Shown here piece after piece: positions 52,274-61,975 of a stretch of DNA of 64,000 nucleotides. Origin of the DNA: Trichoplax adhaerens (lineage: Eukaryota > Animalia > Placozoa); contig NW_002060976.1 of NCBI RefSeq assembly GCF_000150275.1, positions 378,854-442,853 of the forward strand, read 5' to 3'. The first letter of the stretch is position 1, and each line of letters begins with the position of its first letter. The notes under the pieces are model-generated. The model saw only the letters and a list, made by a program, of their open reading frames with translations, made no database searches and had not been told where the DNA came from. A program made the position numbers and the translations under genes.

Positions 52274-53270
52274 CTTTTCCTGCACTCAATTCAATAGTAT
52301 GTGAGTTAAAGACTTGAACGACAGGTTAGAGACAAATAAGATTCAAATCAAGCTTCGTTGCAACCATTAATGACTAATCATCGGATCGATATTATCTCCA
52401 TGTATTAATGAGATTATGTCGAAATGGTTGTACTTGCGTGTTAGTCGTAGTTCAACAGAACAACATCAATTATTCCATTATAGACAATTTTCAAGCATCA
52501 ATAAATCAACTTCTACAATGTCGTCTATTAATTCCGCATGGAAGATTATCCGAAAATCAATCTCTGTAGATAATTACTGAAGGCAACGCTATCGAACAAT
52601 CGTGTGCTTACGTGTACATTAACAAAATGCATTCCAGCTTACAAATAGATTATACTCATAATCATAATAACCATCAAATAACAATCTTTTTATTCTAATA
52701 GACAACAGCAAATAAATGCTAGCTACATCAATGATAGTGTAAAATAAGAGAGGATGCTTGCAATATAGTTTCGTTGGCGTCGTTTACCTATCTTTAATTT
52801 CTATTTTTACTTGAAATACAATGTATAATGATGGATACCTAACGAAATAGGTTACTTACCAATGGATGTTTTAAAAATCGGCTAATAACAACTTGATGAT
52901 TTTGCTGTAACGTAGATTTAATCCTACCAATCCGACTGCGCGCTGCTTTTTGCAACAGGGGCTAATGGATAAAAAGAGAAGGACAGGTGACATAAAACTC
53001 TACTCGGCTAAACAGCTCTATCCAACTACATATACGCTAAATACACGCACTGATCAGCACATCTAAATACTACAGTGTATCAGCGATTACAGACTACTAA
53101 CTCATTGGTTATTTCCTAACTATAAAAACTCCTTGCAAAGTCCTGCACGAGGAAGGGCTCTATTGATAACCATGAAGCTTGCTTGCTAGAAATCCCAGTT
53201 AAACCTGCGGCTATGACACGCTTTTATTCGTAAGTAGTCCCTATGTGGATGATGCGATAGCCGACGGATA

Positions 53271-53333
53271 AAGGTAAATAAATAAAATGAAGGTAAGGTA
53301 AATAAATAAAATGAAGGTAAGGTAAATAAATAA
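53271..53333. repeat. 24-bp tandem repeat (aaggtaaataaataaaatgaaggt), 2.6 copies
   Basis: Units start at 53271, 53295 and 53319 (partial). Confidence 0.85.
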
Positions 53334-56300
53334 ATTAGGTTTCTTTGCAATGATTTGTGCATAGTCATAAGACCTTATGAAATTAGAACAGCTCTAATTT
53401 GTATTAGTTTATTAAATACGAGTTTAAGATTAACCTACGAGTATCTTCCCTACCGAATTTCTTATATCTTGTTAGCTTAGTAAGCCGTCAATCATGTTAT
53501 TTGCAAAAGTTTGATGCCAATGAACTATTGCATGGGTAGATACAAGTTACCAACAAAATATCGTTCTCTCTAAATAAGGATAGTTGACATATTATCCTTA
53601 TCCATTTTCTTCTATTACAGTCTATCAATAAAACTATCATTTTATCAACAATTTAATTGCAGTCTACCATACGCTATTTATTGTCGTGGCTCCGCAGTCT
53701 GTGTTCATTGCAATTCAATTTGATAATGAGCTTGTTACTGCCATATAAAACTCTCAAATTATCAACTATGAAATTCATCAAGTAATAACTTAAAGGGGCG
53801 ACTGTTCAGGATAGGTTACTGATAGTAAACTGCGAGAAAGAATAGCGATGAATATTATATAACATAGAGACATAGAGAAATGATAGCAGTCTATTTCAAT
53901 ATACATCATTGACATTATCCGATCCATTGAATCTACTGTAGCTCAACAAAGAATACCATAAATTTAATAAAAGATATTGCTTGTAACAAATATTATCATT
54001 TTGTATACAACGTTCGTAGTCCGATGATGAATTAATGATAAACATTTGCATGGTCAAATTGTAAGCCATACTAATAAAGATTGTACAATCGCAATCATGA
54101 ATTTTTTAGACTAACCAGATACATCAACAACGGATTACAACATTGGATATGCAATAAAACGGATTAATCACTTGACTGATCAGCAGTAGCATATTCTACT
54201 TTAATTGGCAACAGGCATCCAATACAGGCATTGCAGTACAACAAGGCACCATCCTCTCAGCACTTACGCTCGCTGCATTCTCGCGCCAAAGAAGCTTCTT
54301 AGTCAACAAGTTCAGCTTCAATCCATGCTCACAGAACTCATTCTCAAGGATAGGTAATCATTTCTACGAGCATAACTCAACAGTTTTCAACAAACAAGAA
54401 GTATTTTATGATCGGAATAGAGTAAAGTAAGATCAAATTAAAATCTTCTGACAGAATTGGCGTGAGTACTGTTTGGCCTGATTGCAAATTGCATGCTATC
54501 GATACAAGATGTAACCCTTCATACATACTGGAAGTACTGCAATCCATAGCAATTCCATATGATTACTACCTTAATTTTATTCAATAATTAACAATCAATA
54601 AATTGTTAATATACACCATTTAAAGAAAATTTTTAGTATACTTTTATAAACTGTTTGACAAATGACAGTAAAAAATCAACGGAATACAGTAGCGCATGAT
54701 GAAGATGATATCAAGCGATTCAGCAAGATGGCTTAGTTATTGGACTCATCATCGATGATGATCGCCAATAAAACAGTGGCCAACAGTAATTTCTGCCATC
54801 GGAAGAACAATCTTCATATTAATTCAAGGAGGCTAAAAGATGCAACATTAAAAGAAACGAATCATCTACGCTTATTTCTCGTATGCACTAATTTACGCTA
54901 CTTTAACATTGATGCCCAAGGCACGCTAATGTTGGCTTCAGACAATAGAGCTAAAATGGACATGGTTGGTACTTTCATCAACTACATGGAGGAGAATTAC
55001 CAAGTCTATGCTATACGTGCATGCTCACAAATTATTCCTAGTCAAAATAATATACCAATCTCAGCTCTAAAAATGCTGCACAGTGCAAAATGGAACAGAG
55101 AATTTGGACAGTCTCCACGCTGTACTACGTTATTTTAAGTAAACTTACTTCTTAAAGCTTCCTAAACTGTTTCTACATGAAGTTGATACCAATGCAATAA
55201 GTTCAAAACCAATATTGAGCGGTTAACTGGTAACATCAGGGTAATTTGCTCAACTCTGGTTAAAACAGGTCATGACATTTTACAGGTGCACTAGCTGTAC
55301 TACCATCTTATACCAAGTACTAACTCGTCTAAAATAATCAAGACAGGAGCATTCTCGTGGAAGCTGATATGCTATCGAAACTGCGATTTGATGCAGTACA
55401 CTAATGTATTCTAGCTTATAAACTGTCCGTTTACTGTACAAGACTAATCAATTTCTCCATGAGGAGTACTAGAGTAGCTTCTCAAACTTGGGTAATAGCA
55501 ACAAAGGTTGTACCCGCTCCATGAGCAGTGGCGCTCGACGATTACAGGAAAGGTACCGATGGTGCAATTTTAAACGAACCATAGACGGATTCTACTTGAT
55601 TTTATTCATTTGATCTTCCATTGACTCCAATTATTCAAGAGTCTTTTACTCGTTTTAGCTCATACTGTCTTGATGAAATGTCGTACAAATTGGCAGGACA
55701 AGCCTGGAGCGAGATGGAAAGATCAAATACAGTAAAGCAATTTCGTCTTAATTTCGTACTTCGTAGCAATCATGACTAGAAGCTATTCACACTCGATAAC
55801 TGGCAATTAACTAGCTCTTCTTACAATTCATTATAGCAAACGATTTCTTTTTTCTCAGAATCTTTATAACTTTCATAAAGTAGGTTAATTTTACCGTCTG
55901 AAACAACGTCACTTTGCATAAAATAGTACAGCATTAACAAGTTTAACTCACGATTAGTACAAGCAAAAATGAATAGAAACCGTAATTAACAAACGCTTTA
56001 GAATACTTTACAATTATAAATGTTTTATCTTTCACCAGCAATTTATAAGTGCTCCATAAGTATTTAAAGTAAATTTATGATGCTTATCATATTGTCATTT
56101 CGTTGTGTACAGGAATAAAATGTTAAAAACTTAATTTTTACATCAGCAGACTCTTACACAAAACGTGATTGTGATGGCGAAGCTAAAAGATTGAAATCAA
56201 TCACATTGAGCATTGCTAATATTGTCCATTAAATTGTTGGTTTATTTCAACCAAGGCAAAATAAAACATTATTTTCTTATAATGCTATTTATTTTGATCA

Positions 56301-57510
56301 TGAAAAAAAGCAAATAAGCACAAATAGACCATCAATAAATTAGAAGCAAGATATGTATGACGTAAGTATGTAAGTATGACGTTGTTTTAGTTACTTGCCA
56401 ACCGGATAGAAAAGGTTATTTTTATCATTTTACACCATCCAGTATTTATATTTTCTAGCTTGACTACTCGAGCATTTGATAAAGAGTTTACTACATTTTT
56501 AATCTCAATAGAGTACAGTATTGAGTTATAAGAGCTCAATTAAGCAATTATAGGCTCAGAAATTAAGTCTCTTGATTTATGATAATTGCTTATGATTTTA
56601 TTTATTTAAGTAATTTTATTATGTTGCTATTGATGACAATACAGTATGACAGAATACGAGAAGTATTTTTTTCAGTAGAAAAAGTAAGTCATGGATATTG
56701 CAACCAAACTTAGCTAACTAATGCTATTGGTAATAAACAATGAAATTTTTATATTGCTTTTATCAAAGTTAGGAGTAGCAGTAGCATAATTAATACGTGT
56801 GTTACAATTCAGAATAGTTAATATCACTAGAAGTAAAATAGAGTAGATAAGATTTTATAAATTTACGGTACGTTTATACTTCAAAATGAGCGATCTTGTA
56901 GGCACAACTTAACGCTATCAATAACAACATAAATATCTTCCAACTACCCTATTGAAAAATCAAAAATCATATTTCAATGTAATAAAGATAAATTAATCAC
57001 AAAAATTCTAAGCTTGATCAGTTAATTCAATACGTACTGCTTAATGTCAAATTTAATTCAGTATTTATATACATGTTAAATGTTATTTATATACATGTTA
57101 AATGTTCGATCTTTAAATGAGCTCTATTTTTAAGTGCACGCAAATACAGGAGCTGTAAAGTTGGGATTACTTTGATCGATGCAACAGATTCTATCAATTG
57201 ACTAGCGATAGAGCAATTTTAGCTATCACAGGCCCTTTACAGCTAAAGTTTCGGAAAAAGCTGTACTTTCTAAATTACGAAAAAGCTATATTATTAATTA
57301 CCGGTACTCGTTCTGTGCGTAATAAGCTGAAATACCAACTATTGATTTAGTTGAGTACAGTATAACAAAACTGTAAATTGAAAATCTAATTTCATTATAT
57401 AGTTGATGTACTATTCTCTACTCTGATCGTTTTATTGTTATTTCTACTCGAAAGTGGGATAATCATGTATCACATCGTTAAGTTTTAATCGTTAGGTCTA
57501 TTCGTAAACT

Positions 57511-57950
57511 TTAATGCTTACCACTATGGACGTTTTCCACTGTTATTTTCCAATATGTTAAAGCATTGCAAAACTCATCAAAGGCTCTATCGTCACGCTC
57601 AGGCAGAATATCCAATAAAGTCCAAACTTTTCTGTAAAACAGAATTAAATAATTACGATAACTGCTCTCCGACTACAAAATTTATTCTTGCAGTAAATAA
57701 ACAAACTATTAATTTAGCCTGCCATTGCATATTAGATAGAATACTGTTTAACAGTTACTGAACATGTACTATATAAAAATTCCTTACTCAAAAGCCGTCA
57801 ATTTAGATTCGATTGTTTGTTTGTGGAATGATGTTAATATACTCGCTCCAAGTAAATATTCACATATCGGTGAGATTTGATCCTGACATTTTTCAGCAAG
57901 TAACATTCGATTGGCTGTTAGGATTTCACGATGTTCTTGAGTCATTGATC
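57511..57950 (-). CDS. CARD domain, two exons (57950-57788, 57631-57511), not in ORF track
   Basis: Spliced translation GSMTQEHREILTANRMLLAEKCQDQISPICEYLLGASILTSFHKQTIESKLTAFE|KVWTLLDILPERDDRAFDEFCNALTYW matches the CARD consensus (H..L..NR..L; YL....ILT; LLDILP.RG..AF..F..AL). Phase-1 acceptor CCTCAG; phase-2 intron GTAAGG...TTTACAG. Confidence 0.87.
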
Positions 57951-59431
57951 CTGAGGACGTTTTGGGTAATTGAGGTAATTGGGTTTTTAGTAATTGCTCT
58001 TAATCATATTTGAATCAATCTAAAATTGAATTACTAAATGCAATTGAGAATGATTGATAGATATCAATTCAATAGAGGTTACCTTTATCTTGNNNNNNNN
58101 NNNNNNNNNNNNNNNNNNNNNNNNNNNNNNNNNNNNNNNNNNGCGAGGGCCAATAAACATGCCTCGTATTAAACGATTAAAGCAATGGCCATGTTTTAAT
58201 GCTTTGCTATATGCATTGTAATATTTCTTTTCTTGCAAAGCTGTAGAACAACAAAATGCAGAATAGGGTTACGGTTATCCATCGCTCTCTCGTCTACTAC
58301 TGTATTAAAACTCTACTTACGTTTCTCTTGTACGTGTTGGTTGTTATGGCTGCCGTCGATCGTATTTGCTGGCGCTATATCGTTGTTGGTTTGATTCAGT
58401 TGAAACCGTTCAAGGATACTTTTGATCCAATTTCTCGCTATTGATGTCGGCGATTTCTGCTGCCGGAGAACGATTTCGATATTCTTTTTGGTCATTGTAA
58501 CTAGGCCATCATTTCCGCTTAAGGTTGCGATATACAGTGACTTCTTAAAGTTATCCAGAGCCTGATCGATCTTGCCTTGGTGACTATAGACAACTCCTAT
58601 GTTGTTATATGAGTTGGCAACATCAGGGTGATTGTGACCAAGGACTGACAATCGAATTTGCAGTGACTTGTCATGCATATCCATAGCCTGATCGATCTTG
58701 GCTTGGTCAAGATAGACACATCCTATGCTGTGATATGACCACGCAACATCAGGATGATTGTGACCAAGGACTGACAATCGAATTTGCAGTGACTTGTTAT
58801 ACATCTCCACAGCCTGATCGTACTTGCCTTGGTCATGATAGACAACTCCTATGTTGTGATATGACTGCGCAACATCGGGATGATTGTGACCAAGGACTGA
58901 CAATCGAATTTGCAGTGACTTGTCATGCATCTCCATAGCCTGATCGTACTGGCACAAGTTCCAGTAGACGCGCCCAATTTGATGATAACTATCGGCAAGA
59001 CGAGTATCCTTTTCGTCTAACCATTTTAATTTCATTTTCAACGATTTCTTACCGTCTTGCAGTGCTCCGTTGTAATCCCCCTGGCGTCTCTTAATCTCGC
59101 TTTTTCTTAGTAAACATTGAGCCATGCGCACTTTATCTTGCAGTTTAGTAGCCACAGTTTGTCCCTTTTCACTCCAATCAACAGCTTCCTTGAATTGATA
59201 TTGTAAAGTGTAAATGTCACAAAGACCAAGATAAATATCGCATGCAAGTCGATCAATATCCGCACTAGGATTCGACAACGAAGCAATCGCATCGACAGCT
59301 TGTGTATAACAAGATAGTCCGTCCACCAACTGGAAGGCAGCCTTGTACGAGTTGCCCTTTTCGTACAGTGATTGTATACGGGTATGGTGAGGAAGCCCAC
59401 TCGTGGAAGAGACAGATTCATCATCAGCCAT
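57511..59431 (-). CDS. ROCO protein copy 2: TPR - [Roc-COR mostly inside assembly gap] - CARD
   Basis: TPR exon 59431-58321; 80-bp phase-1 intron 58320-58241; Roc start (LIRGMFIGPR) running into the N-gap. After the gap comes the 3' end of the linker microexon (CAAGATAAAG|GTAACC, ending 58083), then CARD exons 57950-57788 and 57631-57511. The exact C-terminus is uncertain (alternative phase-1 donor at 57521). Confidence 0.75.
58093..58142. other. Assembly gap (50 N) hiding most of the Roc-COR exon of copy 2
   Basis: The flanks align to copy 1 at ~50859 and ~48483, implying about 2.4 kb of missing sequence. Confidence 0.9.
58545..59000 (-). repeat. 126-bp TPR tandem repeats in ROCO copy 2
   Basis: The anchor ggactgacaatc occurs at 58642, 58768 and 58894. 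The TPR exon is 1111 nt versus 1237 nt in copy 1, exactly 126 nt shorter. Confidence 0.95.
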
Positions 59432-59565
59432 CTTTTCCTGCACTCAATTCAATAGTATGTTAGTTAAAGACTTGAACGACAGGTTAGAGACAAATAAGAT
59501 TGAAATCAAGCTTCGTTGCAACCATTCATGACTAATCATCGGATCGATATTATCTCTCTGCATTA

Positions 59566-60083
59566 ATGAGGTCATGTCGGAATGGTTGTACTTGCGTGCT
59601 AGTCGTAGTTCAACACAACAACATCAATTATTCCATTATAGACAATTTTCAAGCATCAACAAATCAACTTCTACAATATCGTCTATCAATTTCGCATGGA
59701 AGATTATCCGAAAATCATTCAATCAATCTCTGTAGCTGATTACTGAAGACAACGCTATCGAACAATCGTGTGCTGGCATCAATCAATACCAAACTAAATC
59801 CAAGGAGTAGACTAATTTACGTGATGAGGTTATGTCGGAATGGTTGTATGTGCGTGCCAGTCGTAGTTTAAACACAACAACATCAATTATTCCATTATAG
59901 ACAATTTTCAAGCATCAATAAATCAACTTTTACAATGTCGCTATCCATTCCGCATGGAAGATTATCCGAAAATTATTCAATCAATCTCTGTGGGTGATTA
60001 CTGAAGATAACGCTATCGAACAATCGTGTGCTGGCATCAAAATCAATACCAAACTAAATCCAAGGAGTAGACTAATTTACGTG
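59566..60083. repeat. ~258-bp tandem duplication in the 5'UTR intron of ROCO copy 2
   Basis: atgaggt.atgtcggaatggttgta... at 59566 and 59824; single copy in copy 1 (~52408). Confidence 0.88.
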
Positions 60084-61795
60084 TACATTAACAAAATTCT
60101 CTCCAGCTTACAAATACATTATACTCATAATCATAATGACCATCAAACAACGATCGTTTTACTCTAATAGATAATGGCAAAATGCATGCTAGCCACATCA
60201 ATGATAGTGCAAAATAAGAAAGGATGCTTATAATATAGTTTCGTTGGCGTCGTTTACCTATCTTTCATTTCTATTTTTACTTGAAATACAATGTATAAGG
60301 ATGGATACCCAAACGGAATAGGTCACTTACCAATAGATGTTTTAAAAATCGGCTAATAACAACTTGATGATTTTGCTGTGACGTCGATTTAATTCTATCA
60401 ATCCGACTGCGCGCTGCTTATTGCAAATAGGAGCAAGTGGATAAAAAGAGAATCGACAGGTGACATAAAACTCTACTCGGCTAAACAGCTCTATCCCACT
60501 GCATATACACTAAATACACGCTTTGATTACAGCGATTACAGACTACTAACTCATTGGTTATTTCGTACCTATAAGTAGTCCTTGCAAAGTCCTGCATGAG
60601 GAAGGGCACTATTGATAACCATGAAGCTTGCTTGGCTAGAAATCCCAGTTGAACCTGCGGCCATGCCGCGCTTTTACTCTTTAGTCTCATGTGGATGATG
60701 TAATAGCCGACGGATAAAGGTTGCTATAGTAACTGCGCCATTAAGTTAGGGTTTTATTAATTAACTTATGCTTTGCTAGGTCTTCTATATTATATTGCTG
60801 TACCGCGTACAGGTAGTCCTTTCTTTAGTATATAGTTTATATCGCTATATTATGATCTTATGGTGACGCCTAAATTAAACTACTTAATTCAATCTATTGA
60901 CGAAAAATTGAATGTATACTCAAAGCTCTCGAGGCTGACCATTGACTGAACTACTGACCTTTAAATTTCTACATTATCCATGATGGACACTTGTTGATTA
61001 CTTAAGTATGTGGGCTCTCTCTGCATAAGGTAGATGCACCGTAAGTGTCCACCAAAATGGGTAATAGCCTTAAATATCCTTTAATTGTAACTCTGAATTA
61101 TTAATATATACGTTAAAATACCTATACAGAACAGAAAAAAGATACTAAAGTTCATATACAATCATCTTAGCAGGATTCTATAAAATGCCTTTAGAAGGTG
61201 TATTTGCATAAACCTTGTTATGAGCTGCGGTTCTCGTTTGCAAAAATTAATTTAAGGACATATTTCTACTATCGTATTTTTGTTGATAAGAAATATTCTT
61301 CATTCTGTTCTATTCAGTCTTGGTAACCCTAAAATCCTAATCAAAAACTAAATATCCGTGCCAATCAATTATTGTAATACCGCTACTTTATGTAGCATAT
61401 GAATATAATGCACTTTATTCCTATACGATTTTTTAGTGGGTTACTTCTCATTCTACCTTCGACTCGAATCATGTCCCAAACCGTAAAGTGAGACAACTAA
61501 ATATTGGTAAAGGGCTACAATTAGAGGTAAATTTATGTTATTTTTAAATAAAATTAGGTTTCTTTGCAATGACTTATACATAGTCATAAGACCTTATGAA
61601 ATTAAAACAGCTCTAATTTGTATTAGTTTATTAAACACGAGTTTAAGATTAACCTACGAGTATCTTCCCTACCGAATTTCTATGTCTTGTTAGCTTAGTA
61701 AGCCGTCAATCATGCTTATAATGTTGTCATTTCGTTGTGGACAGGAATAAAATGTTAAAAACTTAATAATTTTCACATCAGCAGATTCTACACAA

Positions 61796-61845
61796 NNNNN
61801 NNNNNNNNNNNNNNNNNNNNNNNNNNNNNNNNNNNNNNNNNNNNN
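61796..61845. other. Assembly gap (50 N)
   Basis: N run; the flanks match paralogous sequence around 56160 and 56250, so about 90 bp is probably missing. Confidence 0.9.
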
Positions 61846-61975
61846 ATCAAGGCAAAACAAAACATTATTTTCTTATAACGCTAATTATTTTGATCTTAAA
61901 AAAATGCAAATGAGCACAAATAGACCATCAATAAATTAGTATCTACACTATAGTAAACAAAAGAAGATTAGTCCT

